DNA from: a virus
Reading direction: 5' to 3' (one strand)
IMG/VR virus record: IMGVR_UViG_3300049043_000066
Span: 2,424 to 66,423 of that record
DNA length: 64,000 nucleotides
Below, piece by piece: positions 21,610-33,050 of the stretch (position 1 is its first letter; each line of letters opens with the position of its first letter). Under the pieces are notes generated by a model. It saw only the letters and a program-made list of their open reading frames with translations, searched no databases and was not told the origin of the DNA. The position numbers and the translations under genes were made by a program.

Positions 21610-23096
21610 TTGTTCAGAATGTTGTTAAGGTCGTCAATCACAGAGTTCATCGCAGGCAAGAATAACCTGTCGCAAAAGGATAGGTTTTTTCGTAACTATG
21701 GCTCTCAGATGAGTCAACATTATAGCAGACGTTGACTGCATCCTGCAAGTTACTAATTAGACGTTTTAAGGTATCAACCCTCACAGTCACAGTTTCCATA
21801 ACGTTGTAGTCGATTGTCAGAGGTGTCTCAGAGTGTTATACTACAGAGACACTTTGGGGGTGAGTAACTTTAATAACTCAACCTTTCATCAGATTGATGA
21901 GCTGAACTCAAGCAATCTTGTTTTTTCTTTTCCTGTTGGATTTTTGCCGTGAACTTCTTTATAGTCCAGCAAATAATTTTGCTTTTCTTTGCCTCAACAT
22001 TTCACTCTTTGCTTTATTTCTTTCTCGATCTCGTTCTGCTCTTGTTTTTCCAGATGCTTTTTGTGGTTGGTAATCTGGAGAAACAGTTTCTTTTTTTTGC
22101 TAAAAGCTGAGTGCAGTTGTTGGTTGCGATTCCCCTCTTTCTTTTGCTTTTCTTTCTAAGATGTCTGCGTTGTGCCTCCTTAGGTGATAATGCAGCAGAA
22201 CCTCTTTCTCTTTCAGGTTGTTGAACTCTTGTGGATGTTGGTCTTTGAACACCAATATCTTTGCGGGGTTTGTATTCTTTAGCAGGTTCCATTTTCCCCA
22301 CCAACAGGCTTTCGTTCTGCGTCTTTCAGGTTCAGTTTTCTTACGTTCAGCACCAATACGTCCACCTTCACCAGTGCGGCGAATTTGTGAAGAACTCATC
22401 ACACTGGCGTCATATGCTTCTTTAGGATAACCTTTAAAGTTACGACATTATACTCCTTCTTTCCAGGACCAATATCAGCAATTTTATATTCAATAGGTCT
22501 TTTAACGTAAATTTCGACCTTTTCTTGCTTCAGTAATAAAGTCCTGGAAGGTTTTCATCGTTATTTGAACACTCTTTTTAGTATTTAGATTGTATCGATC
22601 CGTTTGCTCTACCTTTAGAACACGCGACCTTCAGTATAAAATTGACGCACACGTTGACGGCAAGTTGCAATTAGAAGATCATATTCTTCTTGTTGTTGAT
22701 TTGAAAAAATAAAATCTTGTTTCCTCCAAGCAATTTGGAGTTCTTTAAGGTAAGAAAGCACGTTAGAATAGTTTCAGTCATTTACGAAGAGGAGAATTGT
22801 AATAGGAACGAAAAACCGAGACAAGAATAATAAACGTTGAAATAACACCAACCAAACCAAGGAAGGTAACAACATCACCATTAAAATTAAGAGTTTCAGG
22901 AGTCATAATCAAAAATCAACATTAGAGTTCAAAAAAGCATCAAAAGATTTGTTATCCTCCTCTTCAAGGAGACATTCATTCATTTCTTCAACAAAATCAA
23001 AGGAAGAAAACTCTTCAATTTGCAAATCATCAAAGTGATCCATTTTAGATAAGTTGCTTACACTATAAAGACACTTTGGAGGTGAGCTATTTAATT

Positions 23097-23506
23097 CAAC
23101 GACTCATAATTGCTTTCATCTCCGCACGTTTTTGTGCTTGTTGTGCTCTTGCTTCTGCGCCAATTTCACTATGAACGTGTTTAATATGTGCTGACTTTTG
23201 AGTTGCTTGGCGTCTTGCAATTTACTTATTATATTCATTCGACTTCATAACTGGGACTTGCTCTAATTGCAAATCCTCTCTTTGACTTACTCTTTTATAA
23301 TCTTGTCTTATTTGTGCGTGTCTTTCTTTTTGTGCTTGCAGTCTTTGTTTTGATTTAGCAGCAAAATCTTTTCCACGAGTTCTTGATCGTTCATAAGCAG
23401 CGGCACGACGAGCAGCAAGTCTTGCAGGTGCTGATGATTGATATGCTAGTTCTCCTGCTCTGTATTGAGATGCAGCATCTTCACAAAACTGCTGAAAGGT
23501 TTTCAT
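23097..23506 (-). CDS. Hypothetical late protein (MKTFQQF), different C-terminal allele from the left copy
   Basis: Ends AQQAQKRAEMKAIMSR vs AQQAAKQSRLKTIMSR. Confidence 0.6.
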
Positions 23507-23587
23507 TATACTTGACTTTTTTAGATATTTATTCTAATATATACTTTGATGTACTACACATCACACACATTACACAGGAGAATACCT

Positions 23588-23788
23588 ATGACACCTTATG
23601 AATTACGTTTTGAGATTTTTAAGCAAGCATACAATATGCTACAAGATGATTACAGTATGAAGTTTGAAATAGCACAACGACAAAATCCAGATGGTTTAAT
23701 CTCAGCAGACTTTGCTGAAAAATATCCAACTTTGAATCAAGTTCTGCAACAAGCAGAAGTCATCAATGACTTTGTAAGTTCCAAATAA
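23588..23788 (+). CDS. Conserved hypothetical cyanophage protein (MTPYELRF)
   Basis: Intact ORF with RBS and downstream terminator. Confidence 0.65.
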   Translation: MTPYELRFEIFKQAYNMLQDDYSMKFEIAQRQNPDGLISADFAEKYPTLNQVLQQAEVINDFVSSK

Positions 23789-23819
23789 AACTAAAGGAGG
23801 GGATAAAACCCCTCCTTTT

Positions 23820-24086
23820 TTAATCTTTAATATAGGTTTCATCTCTACAAATACTTTTTATGTATTTGTCGAACTTGGCCTTAGGCACATCATTCCAATG
23901 ACGATGTATTGATATAATATTAACTATTACCCCGCCAATAATAAAAAAGTTAGTGATAATCAGTTGTAAAGCAATCAAAAGACGAATGAGAGCAACACGA
24001 TCTGCTGTTTTATTGCAGTTTGGATGAGACTTTTCTCCAAGAGCACAATAGATGTAATAAAGTAATCCTTTAGACTTCTTCTTCAT
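23820..24086 (-). CDS. Hypothetical membrane protein
   Basis: 88 aa ORF. Confidence 0.6.
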   Translation of the reverse strand: MKKKSKGLLYYIYCALGEKSHPNCNKTADRVALIRLLIALQLIITNFFIIGGVIVNIISIHRHWNDVPKAKFDKYIKSICRDETYIKD

Positions 24087-24271
24087 TTACCAGATTCTTT
24101 CAGCAACTTAACTGTGCTCCAATCATCTCTATACACCAAGACACAAATATCGTTTGCTCGATTGTTTCCGACACGAACACAAATTGAGATGTATTCTTCG
24201 CAAACAAAACGAACTTCTCCCACCCAATTTTTATGCTGAACGATAATACCCTTGGCAAAAGATGGTTTCAT
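24083..24271 (-). CDS. Hypothetical protein
   Basis: 62 aa ORF. Confidence 0.6.
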   Translation of the reverse strand: MKPSFAKGIIVQHKNWVGEVRFVCEEYISICVRVGNNRANDICVLVYRDDWSTVKLLKESGK

Positions 24272-24751
24272 AAATCAAAAATTAACAATCATAATCTTTG
24301 ACGTATGAGAGCAGTTTAATCTGCTCTTGCAGTTGTAAAATCTCTTGCTGTTGTTCTGTAATCTTTTGTTGCAATTCAGTGATACGTCCTTGATACTGAA
24401 ACTTAAGTTGGTTGATCATTCTGTTAGTATGTTCAATGTTTTGTGTCACGTTGTAAATGCCTCTACAACTTTTGAGTCTTCATTTTCCAAAAGTGCAAAT
24501 CGTTGTGCTTTTACAACATTTTCACGAAGTTTGCTATAATGCTCTGTCCAAGTTTCGTTGTCCCATTCAACAACAACATCAAAACATTCTTCATCGTTTT
24601 CTGCAACTACTGCAAGCAATCCACCATATTCCGATTGGAAATTGAGGAACGAAATAATCAGATTAGATAGAGAAACTTTTGTACCATTAACCTCTTTTGT
24701 TTAACAGATACATCATAAAAGTTTTGTGGGCAAAAGTCAAGTGTTCGGTTC

Positions 24752-25441
24752 CTAAACCGTCCATAGTTTATTGGAAACTATTTTTTCTAATGTAGAGTTT
24801 TAATTCCAAACATATCTGCTATTTCTTGATTTTTGTATATTTTTTGGTGTGTAGATTTCTTATTTCATAAACTTTATTCCAATCAAGTATTGCTCTTCCA
24901 TTTCTATCACCAGGTAAACCTTTTCTACTTGTATCTTCTCTTACCTTTCTTTCATTTTCATATCTTTCAATTTCTTCATCAGTTCTTGGAATTAATTTAT
25001 AACCTTTATGTTGTAATCTTTTTCCATAAAGAGTTTCGTGAACGTGTGCAATATTTAAGTTATTATATCTACAATATTGAGATAGATTTTTAATTTCTTT
25101 CATATCACAGTTGGAGTTTCTACAGATACTCCTTTGAGCATATTCTTTTGCTTGATTCCCGCCTATTGTTGAGTTATATCCATTATTAAATGTGTCGTAT
25201 TTTCTATCCAGTATATCTCTTTATCATTCAACATATCAAAATCACACTCTTCAATTACTCCCCATATAAATCCATTTCTTCCATATTTTTTTAAAGCATT
25301 TGCAAATTTATGATTGTAATTTATACAATCTGCAAAATGCTCTGCAATTCTATAATTCAAATGATTTTTAACTGTCTGTCCAATGTATTTCTTTCCCGTA
25401 AAAATACAATGGACACAGTAAATCTTGCCTTGGTGAGACAT
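24752..25441 (-). CDS. GIY-YIG homing endonuclease 2 (frameshifted)
   Basis: GKIYCVHCIFTGKKYIGQT; ORFs 25163-25441 and 24819-25103. Confidence 0.8.
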
Positions 25442-25545
25442 AACTGCTTCTTAAATTAGGTGACTTAATATTTATACAAGAAAAGGAGCATTTCTGCTCC
25501 TCCTCTATCTATAGTGTCACCTAATTAGAGCACCGTTATTTAGAT
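25442..25545 (-). ncRNA. Antisense sRNA cassette of endonuclease 2 (right-arm copy)
   Basis: CTAAATA, anti-leader, GGAGCAGAAATGCTCC-TTTT, TATAAATA, leader, ATG. Confidence 0.55.
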
Positions 25546-25906
25546 TAGTAGAACTCTGCCAAGATATAGTCGCAGGTTACTTGGTGTTTCTCTGCAAGTT
25601 CATTCGACTTCTTGCCAGAACTCTTCTGCTTCTTTGCTTTGTTCTGCTTGTTGAATCAGTTGTTGAATACGTTCAGAAATCATTTTTTATTCAGGTAATC
25701 AAAGTGTTTGGAAAATAGTGCAAAGAATGTCCAGGCAAATGCTGCTGAAATGATGAGAAACTCTATCATCTTTGATTTTGAGTTACTTGTTGATTATCAT
25801 ATACCTTAAACATTACAGCATCACGTTGGATACAAAATACATTCCAACCAACGATTGCAACAACACCAAGTAGAGTTGCAATCAGATACTTACGTTCAGT
25901 TTGAGT

Positions 25907-26305
25907 CATACTGCAAGTGCTCCAGAGGGGATTTCTTGTTGTTCAAGATAGGTTTCGTGCCAGTCACAGGTATCATAGCACAACCAACCTTCGGTTTCAG
26001 TGAAGACGTAACCATACTCTTCATTGTTTTGAAGATACTCACCCAGGTTCTTATCAAGACGAGGGGGCAATCTTCACCACGGAAGAGTAATACAGAGCAC
26101 CTTGCTCTACAGTTTCATTGTTGAAACCAGTGTTAGTCCACGCAGAACTCATATCACCACCATCAATCAGTTCAGCAACTTTTTCTTTGGTGTTGTAGTG
26201 AGTTTTGAGAATACGACCCAACCAGGAAGGATAACCATCCCAATGATGATAGGCAGACAGGACAGAACCATCAGAGAGTTCAAGACCGATGCGACTTCTT
26301 GTCAC
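25907..26305 (-). CDS. Conserved hypothetical phage protein (HWDGYP)
   Basis: ORF 26054-26305 plus frameshifted tail. Confidence 0.6.
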
Positions 26306-26335
26306 AATGAGGGGTTCCTCAAATCAACAAATGTA

Positions 26336-26966
26336 TTATAGGGTATTCTGCACCTCTTGTGTGGGTGGGTGTGCCAGTTCCTCAACTGCCACAATATCTT
26401 TATGTTTTTTTCTACCTTCTTTTCCTTTTCCGCAACTCTACCTGAACATCCCTTACTATAACCATTACTCTTTACACCAATTAGACAATCCACACATTAC
26501 AGTTCTCTGCCATCAGCAAAAGTTAATTTCCACCATTTAGACTGCCCATTACCTTCACCAATTATTTTTTCCTAACTTCCTCTTGAATTGGTATTCCTTT
26601 ATTCCAAGGTTCCTTCCATCTTGGTTATTTTCACCTTTAAGTTTCTCACTCACTCTTTTCTTATATTCTTCAGTTTTCATATGATGTTTATCTCCATAGA
26701 TTTTAGGAGGAGCATTGCCACCATCAGCAACATTCATCAATATGCCAGTCCCATCACACTTTTTACCAAACACTGCAATCATATAGATTTCGTGCCTAAA
26801 TGCTTCTTCTTCAGTTAGGTTCTGTTTTAATTTTATTATTCTACTTCTATCTTTTGGTGGTTTGCAATTCTTTCCATACTTATAATACCATCTTTTTCCT
26901 TTCCCTTTACCAATATAATAAGGTGTTCCATCTTCACGCAAATAGCAGTGAAGTGTAGTATTCCAT
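26336..26966 (-). CDS. GIY-YIG homing endonuclease 1 (frameshifted)
   Basis: PYYIGKGKGKR...EAFRHE...LMNVADGG. Confidence 0.8.
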
Positions 26967-27060
26967 CTGCTTTAATCGTGGTTATACTTATTTATAATAA
27001 AAAAGGAGCATTTCTGCTCCCCTTTGCTTAAACAACCACGATTAAGCATTATTATTAGAT
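26967..27060 (-). ncRNA. Antisense sRNA cassette of endonuclease 1 (right-arm copy)
   Basis: Same layout as 1917-2008. Confidence 0.55.
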
Positions 27061-27104
27061 AAAGCATCAAAGGGCACCTTACAAGATCTCTTGTGCCAGT
27101 TCTC

Positions 27105-27685
27105 AGGTGTCACATCGAAAGTCAAGATACTCTTCGATTGCTTCATCAATCTTCTGTGAGAGTGAAGTCGGAGGAAGAATTGAATTGACTTCACCAATAT
27201 CACACTGGTAATAATCACAGTTTGATCTCAATCATCGCACCATCTGCACCCTCTTGATACAGTGAACGTGCAACTTCATCTTCCAGAACAACAACCCGAC
27301 GTGCTGTCAAATCAAGAACCAAAAGATAATCGTAAGTAGAGTCTTTTTGAAATCCTCTACAGTTTTCTTTTCGGATAGAAAAGACTTGACCTTGAACTTT
27401 TTAGTTGCGTGAATATCTTTGCGTTTGTAAAAAAGATTCTGCCCCATCTTCATCTCAATTTTGATGAAGTTTCCAGTCTCATCTTCCCAAATAAAATCAT
27501 AACCAGTCTTATCAACTCTAACAAGATCAGAAAACTTTGCAAGTGCTTTTTCTAACAGCGGTGGCACGGGCAAAGTTGTCTGCATTTGAAGAGAATCCTT
27601 TGTCAGAGTAAAGAGAATCTACAACTCCAAAAACTTTGTTCCAGTTCACACCAGTTTCAAGATGATCAATGAGATGTGTCAAAAT
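27105..27685 (-). CDS. PD-(D/E)XK nuclease-like protein (frameshifted)
   Basis: GYDFIWEDETGNFIKIEMK. Confidence 0.5.
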
Positions 27686-27992
27686 AGTAAATGAGTTTCA
27701 TTATAGGAACACTTTAAAAGGTGAGCTATTTTTAATTCAACCACCTTTTTCTCTCAAACTTCTTACCAGATATTCAGTAAATGCTTCCATTTTCTCGGAT
27801 GCACTTGTGAAATATCATAATTGATTGCATTTTCGATTGCAGTCATATCTTTCCACTCATCATCATTCAATTTTCTGCGTGTTTAGATGAATATGACATA
27901 AGTTTTGCTCCCGTGATTATCTTGAAATCCTAACATATATTTTCATTATTATCTAGACATTTAATAATCTCTTCGGGATTGCTTTACATTAG

Positions 27993-28220
27993 TTAATCTT
28001 TATCAAAGAAGGTGCCAAATAATCCAGAATCTCCTGGTTTGCGGTTTTCAAGTTTATCTAGAATTGCATCAGTGCTTTGAAGTGATTCAATGCGATGTAT
28101 AAGATCAGCAATAACTGAACAAACCATAGGACGTTCTTGACGTGCTGCATATGCAAGTGCATTCCTAAGTGATGCTTCTGCTTCCTTCAGTGATTCTTCA
28201 ACTGATTTTGATAAAGCCAT
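27993..28220 (-). CDS. Hypothetical cyanophage protein
   Basis: Intact ORF. Confidence 0.6.
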   Translation of the reverse strand: MALSKSVEESLKEAEASLRNALAYAARQERPMVCSVIADLIHRIESLQSTDAILDKLENRKPGDSGLFGTFFDKD

Positions 28221-28836
28221 CAGCACTCCTCCATTTTAGTGGTTTTGTTACTTTACGCAATGTATATGTTCCGTCAGTATTATCAACCCATTCCACAGTA
28301 TCTCCTTCTTTAAGATTTGCTGCATCAAGTAAATCATCGGGGAACTGAACAAAATACTCACCACTTGCATCTGCTTCAACTGGAAGTTGCCATTTCACGA
28401 CTTTATCTTTTTTAACTTCTTCTGGGTAGTAATATTCTTCCCAAAAGTCATTCCACGCACCTTGACATTCTGGTGATGTATCATCTTTATCACAGGATAA
28501 AGATTCGTTTGCAATTTGATATTCTAAATCACTGTGTCCCCAAGGACGCATACCAGTCATCTTTGCCCTCATAATACTCTCTTTCTCTCAAAACTTCTTT
28601 GACATAATCATCATATGCTTCAATGTGCCCCTTACCATTACCATTCAACAGTGCCAGAAGTTCATAACAACGACCAGTGTCGATACTTGATGTACATGAT
28701 AGTTCTCATCTACAGACTCTCAATAACATCATAGATTTCCTGTGGTGATGCTTCTGATGATAAAACTGCATTATCCACCCATTCTTTAAGTGTGTTCGAT
28801 CGTGTTCAATACATTTTGATAATCAAAGTCAGTCAT
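28220..28836 (-). CDS. Protein with C-terminal AbrB-like domain (frameshifted)
   Basis: FPDDLLDAANLKEGDTVEW. Confidence 0.55.
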
Positions 28837-28838
28837 AA

Positions 28839-29087
28839 TTAAAACCAAGAACCTTTCAATGATTTGTGAGATTGTTTCATTGCCTTATAGAGTTTTTTAA
28901 TCTCCGTATAGGCATCTTCAACACTCATCTTACCACCGATTGCCAGGTTCGTCAAGTAGGAGACGTGATGTGAGAAGTTATTGAGATTGTTGATTGTTGC
29001 AATATCCAGAAAACTCATCTCTGCATCTGGATTGATTGGTGGCATTGGATACAAAAACTCTTCTTTTGCTTGTTTGGGTGTTGTCAT
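28839..29087 (-). CDS. Hypothetical protein of a cyanobacterial/cyanophage small-protein family
   Basis: KEEFLYP...NLNNFSHHVSYLTNLAIGGKMSVEDAYTEIKKLYK. Confidence 0.6.
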   Translation of the reverse strand: MTTPKQAKEEFLYPMPPINPDAEMSFLDIATINNLNNFSHHVSYLTNLAIGGKMSVEDAYTEIKKLYKAMKQSHKSLKGSWF

Positions 29088-29296
29088 TTATCCAAAGAGA
29101 ATTGACTCATAGTATAGGGCTCTGCTGCCAAGATGTCAATACGAGCATCCAGTGCTCTTACATTTTCCATCAGTTCATAGATGAGATTTGTGTTTTCGAT
29201 GTTTTCTTCTTCCAGTCTTTTAATATCTTCCAGAGCACCTTGATATTTCTCTTGAAGTTCTTCGATTAAATCAAGAAGATTTTGATTGCTTTCCAT
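29084..29296 (-). CDS. Hypothetical coiled-coil protein
   Basis: 70 aa ORF coupled to the next gene. Confidence 0.6.
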   Translation of the reverse strand: MESNQNLLDLIEELQEKYQGALEDIKRLEEENIENTNLIYELMENVRALDARIDILAAEPYTMSQFSLDK

Positions 29297-29412
29297 ATTT
29301 TTGATAATAACGTTGATATGCCATAAATCGTTGAATTGAAGGAGTTACATTGAGACTTTCGCAGCACCTACAATACGATAGAAACTCATAATGTGGACTT
29401 GTGGGGTCAGTA

Positions 29413-29631
29413 TCACTCATACTTTCTCAAAACAAACACTATTAAACTTACCATAAACACCACGAAGAGATAGTTTTGTGTGCCAAGTGAATGAATTTCT
29501 ACTCTTTCAACATAATAAGACATCCTCCTCGAATTAAAATGTCCACATGGATTATCATTATTGCCCCATCTTACCTGTTCTTCAATGCTTCCAGTATATT
29601 TTACTTTGTCTCCTGATTTGAAGTGTTCCAT
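29413..29631 (-). CDS. Hypothetical protein
   Basis: GDKVKY...QVRWGNNDNP. Confidence 0.55.
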   Translation of the reverse strand: MEHFKSGDKVKYTGSIEEQVRWGNNDNPCGHFNSRRMSYYVERVEIHSLGTQNYLFVVFMVSLIVFVLRKYE

Positions 29632-29715
29632 CAGGATTTACGGATTACCATTTTCTATTTACCTTTTGCATTTCTAGCAAAGTTTCTAATGGTATCCAAG
29701 CAGGATTTTCATCCG

Positions 29716-29964
29716 TTAATATTGAACTTGAACTTCAGTTATTATTTTGATTCTAGTACTTTGACTCCACACTTCTCTTGTTTGTTTTACGTTAGATTGA
29801 ACGGGTTCTCCATCACGATAAATGATTTTGATTTTCCTTTTATCTAGTTTAGAACGATTGAGATGTTTTTGCAAGTCATAATCATCTCGAAACCAACACA
29901 CTCTATTTTCTTCTTTGATTTCCAATCGAACAGGCATTGAAGGATACGGGAATAGTTCGTTCAT
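29716..29964 (-). CDS. Hypothetical protein
   Basis: ORF in an operon-like array. Confidence 0.5.
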   Translation of the reverse strand: MNELFPYPSMPVRLEIKEENRVCWFRDDYDLQKHLNRSKLDKRKIKIIYRDGEPVQSNVKQTREVWSQSTRIKIITEVQVQY

Positions 29965-30359
29965 CGTCTAGTTACATCCTCATAATCTTGTAGTTTACCA
30001 TACCTGAAGTGAACACGACAACGGGGCCAATCTTCCCATTTACCCTCCCAAGTAGCAGGGTAGATTTCAATATATTTTGTAATAGGATGAACGTGATACT
30101 TTCCGTGCTGTCCCGTAGGTATCCATTCATAGTTTAGAAACAAATGTTTATCACTATATCGTGGATCGTCTTCTTCAATAGTCTCAAATGTGGATGTTCC
30201 TTTATAATCCCCACACCACAAATAACCATCTGGAGAAATCCAAAAATGCGTCATTGTGCCACTAATACCATAATCCTCGATGTCTTTAGTATGACACTCC
30301 ACGTTTGTAAACTGTTCTCCTAAATCATATGAAGATTTTAGATAATCAAACATAGCCAT
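29961..30359 (-). CDS. Conserved hypothetical phage protein (MAMFDYLKS)
   Basis: 132 aa ORF with overlapping start/stop coupling. Confidence 0.65.
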   Translation of the reverse strand: MAMFDYLKSSYDLGEQFTNVECHTKDIEDYGISGTMTHFWISPDGYLWCGDYKGTSTFETIEEDDPRYSDKHLFLNYEWIPTGQHGKYHVHPITKYIEIYPATWEGKWEDWPRCRVHFRYGKLQDYEDVTRR

Positions 30360-30583
30360 TATACAAATCCTCTTGACTTTTGTTTAATATCTAGCACCTC
30401 GACGTGACTTAAAAAGTTTCCAGTGCGATTCCACCATAAAACCTGCACGTCTTCATAGTTATCAAATGTTTGATGAGTTCCATCATTATACACCACTTTG
30501 TAGTGATGACGAAGATAAGGTTCATTTGATGTTTGTTTGAAGATTTTTAGTTCTTCGGTGTCGTGAGAAGAATCCATAACCAT
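30359..30583 (-). CDS. Hypothetical protein
   Basis: 74 aa ORF. Confidence 0.6.
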   Translation of the reverse strand: MVMDSSHDTEELKIFKQTSNEPYLRHHYKVVYNDGTHQTFDNYEDVQVLWWNRTGNFLSHVEVLDIKQKSRGFV

Positions 30584-30632
30584 AGTTCTAAAACAACCAG
30601 AATAGTAAGTTCAACAATGACAGGTGGAAAGT

Positions 30633-30854
30633 TCATTTGGGACAATACAAAAAGTATTTGTATTCGGCAAGTTGTGAATTAGTCCATTGTAGCAAATCGC
30701 ACCCTTTGTAGTGATCCACAACCTCAAAGGTTGATTGTGATTTTTCTGGTTGTGAGTTGCTATGTGAAGCAGCAAGTCCTAATATCATAAGTGCCGCAAC
30801 AGCCACAACACCAATCAGTAGAATAACATATTCATTAAATCTGTTCATTATCAA
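30633..30854 (-). CDS. Hypothetical membrane-anchored protein
   Basis: N-terminal hydrophobic helix; EVVDHYKGC. Confidence 0.6.
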   Translation of the reverse strand: MIMNRFNEYVILLIGVVAVAALMILGLAASHSNSQPEKSQSTFEVVDHYKGCDLLQWTNSQLAEYKYFLYCPK

Positions 30855-31186
30855 TCCTCCCAGGGGGCTTTTCTTTGAAGTAGTTTAGCAATATTTTCGT
30901 TGTATTGTGGTGGTTCATTTAGTCGTTCTACAAGGGCATCAAAGTCTTTTGCTGGTAAAGTAATCTTTTCAGGTTTTGCTCCAACTCCCCAGAACTTCTC
31001 AAACTCATATTTTTGTTCCGCATCTACATATCCCCGATTTATAGAATACCAAAACTCAGTCCAAATGTGATAATCATCAAAACGAAATCCTTCGTGAGAA
31101 ATCAAACGATACCACCACCAGAATGGAGTATAACGGAGAAATCTATTTGAGATAATCCATTTATTTAAGAATACTGGAAAGTCCAT
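30851..31186 (-). CDS. Hypothetical protein, C-terminus DUF1778-like
   Basis: ITLPAKDFDALVERLNEPPQYNENIAKLLQRKAPWE. Confidence 0.55.
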   Translation of the reverse strand: MDFPVFLNKWIISNRFLRYTPFWWWYRLISHEGFRFDDYHIWTEFWYSINRGYVDAEQKYEFEKFWGVGAKPEKITLPAKDFDALVERLNEPPQYNENIAKLLQRKAPWED

Positions 31187-31442
31187 TACTTTTTACTCAT
31201 CACATAAGAATAATAAGGATCTCTACCACTCAAATTATAAGGATCAAATCCTGGTTGGGACATAAGATACTCATCTATCATTTGATACCAACCACAGATT
31301 TAAGTTCTTCAAAGAAAGCAAGACGATCTATATTATCATTATAATTGACAAATCTAAAATGAATACAATTCCCCCAACTCCACCAAGCATCCACAAACCA
31401 CTCTTTCATTTGAGAACCTCATCAACATCAACAGCATCATAA

Positions 31443-31706
31443 TCACTCAATACCAAGTTTGAACCTTACAAAATCAGTAAAATCCATAGCATCACACTCA
31501 TAAACATAGTGCCCACCATTATTATCACTTTGAAGATAATTGGTGAAGTAATCATCAAACACCACCATAATTGCGAGTGCTCTGGATTTATCGTGTTCCG
31601 TCAAGTTCTTATGAGGATGTGCTACAATACGACTAATCGTATTGAAAAGTTCCTCTCTCGTATAACTAAAAGATTTTGCTTCTTGATTTAATGTGTAATC
31701 GGACAT
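31443..31706 (-). CDS. Hypothetical early protein
   Basis: 87 aa ORF directly downstream of an early promoter. Confidence 0.65.
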   Translation of the reverse strand: MSDYTLNQEAKSFSYTREELFNTISRIVAHPHKNLTEHDKSRALAIMVVFDDYFTNYLQSDNNGGHYVYECDAMDFTDFVRFKLGIE

Positions 31707-31726
31707 TTATCTTTTTTGGTTAATCA

Positions 31727-31786
31727 CATAATACTACAAAAGGCACCCAAAATCAAGTGCCCTTGTACCAGTTCTTCAAGTGTCCT
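31727..31786 (-). promoter_or_regulatory. Early promoter motif B with stem-loop
   Basis: GGACACTTGAAGAACTGGTACA, TTGATT-17-TATTAT, and a GGCAC/GTGCC inverted repeat over the -35. Confidence 0.75.
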
Positions 31787-32016
31787 CAATAACGATGCTC
31801 TGGAACAATCGTAGGTTCTTCTACATTCATACCATTCGCATTTCCAGTATTACAACTATAAAGTGTAGAAAGTTTCTTGCCTTTGCGAACGATATTAAAG
31901 TGATCTATTTGCCCATTATGAGTGAGTGAAGGAAAACCAAACAGCATCATCTCCCATAACCTCATAATGAACACTCACATTATCCAAAAGAGTTCATCAA
32001 CATTTTGTAGTATTGT

Positions 32017-32220
32017 TCATTTTTCCTCCCAGTATTTACCTTCTATACCACAATTCATACTATACATTCTTTCATATCCACAACGATATGCTTTTGTTCC
32101 TCCACTCACAAGATTTTCCCGATTAGGACGAACACATAGATCCCAGTAATCATTTTTTTCAAAAAAATGTTCCCACCAGTTCTTACGATACCACTTACAA
32201 TCTTTACAGAGTTTAGTCAT
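32017..32220 (-). CDS. Small Cys-rich protein
   Basis: KLCKDCKWY...C...C..ER...CG.EGKYWE. Confidence 0.6.
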   Translation of the reverse strand: MTKLCKDCKWYRKNWWEHFFEKNDYWDLCVRPNRENLVSGGTKAYRCGYERMYSMNCGIEGKYWEEK

Positions 32221-32483
32221 TATGCTACACCATCAGCACTATCTTTGAATTCTTTTACTCTATCCAAGAAAGTAATAGATTGTTGATAAAGTCCCTCAAT
32301 CAAATCCTCAATATCTTCAATCGCAATATGAGTGTATTCTTGATTGAGATGCTCACACTTCAAGGCATCAACCATAGAACGAAACGCAATCATTTGTTGT
32401 TGTTCAACTGTGATTGGTGTGCCGTGAGGAAGTCCAGAAGTTTCATGTATTGTGATACGTCGTTGTACCGTTGAAGAATACGT

Positions 32484-32786
32484 TCACTTTCTCACTTTGC
32501 GTTCCCATTCTTGTTTTTCAAGTGCTACTTCAACTGCTTTGTTTGCTGTGCGTGCAGCATCCAGCATTTCCTCTGGATATGGTTGAGGATTATCAAATGC
32601 CTCAACAATCTTTTGGAAGTCTTCGTCTGTTACTTTTGCGTGTAGTGGTTCAGTCATAAGTTTCCTCAGTTGTTGTTTTCCATAATCAGTAAGGGAATGT
32701 TTTTTGTTGCGGAGTTCTTCAAGCTCTTCTTGAGAAAGATTAACCCACGGCATATCATCAGGAACAGGGAGGTTATGTTCAGTCAT
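32484..32786 (-). CDS. Hypothetical protein
   Basis: 100 aa ORF. Confidence 0.55.
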   Translation of the reverse strand: MTEHNLPVPDDMPWVNLSQEELEELRNKKHSLTDYGKQQLRKLMTEPLHAKVTDEDFQKIVEAFDNPQPYPEEMLDAARTANKAVEVALEKQEWERKVRK

Positions 32787-32989
32787 AATCCAATGGTTCT
32801 CCCATATTCTTGTGCGATTACTACTTCTTGAACATCTTTAAGTTGCGTTTCAAGTTCCTCTATTCTACCACACAACTCGGTGATAATGTGTATCAACGAA
32901 GGATAGTCAATCGTTTCGGTATCATTTCCTTCTTCCATATCAATATAAGTGGAATAGGAAAGTTCTTTTTTGAAGTTGCGTTCAGTCAT
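32783..32989 (-). CDS. Hypothetical protein
   Basis: 68 aa ORF. Confidence 0.55.
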   Translation of the reverse strand: MTERNFKKELSYSTYIDMEEGNDTETIDYPSLIHIITELCGRIEELETQLKDVQEVVIAQEYGRTIGL

Positions 32990-33050
32990 TGTCCTACACC
33001 AGCAATAAAAACAATAAAGGCAATCCCAACCACAGCAGCAAATAGAATGT

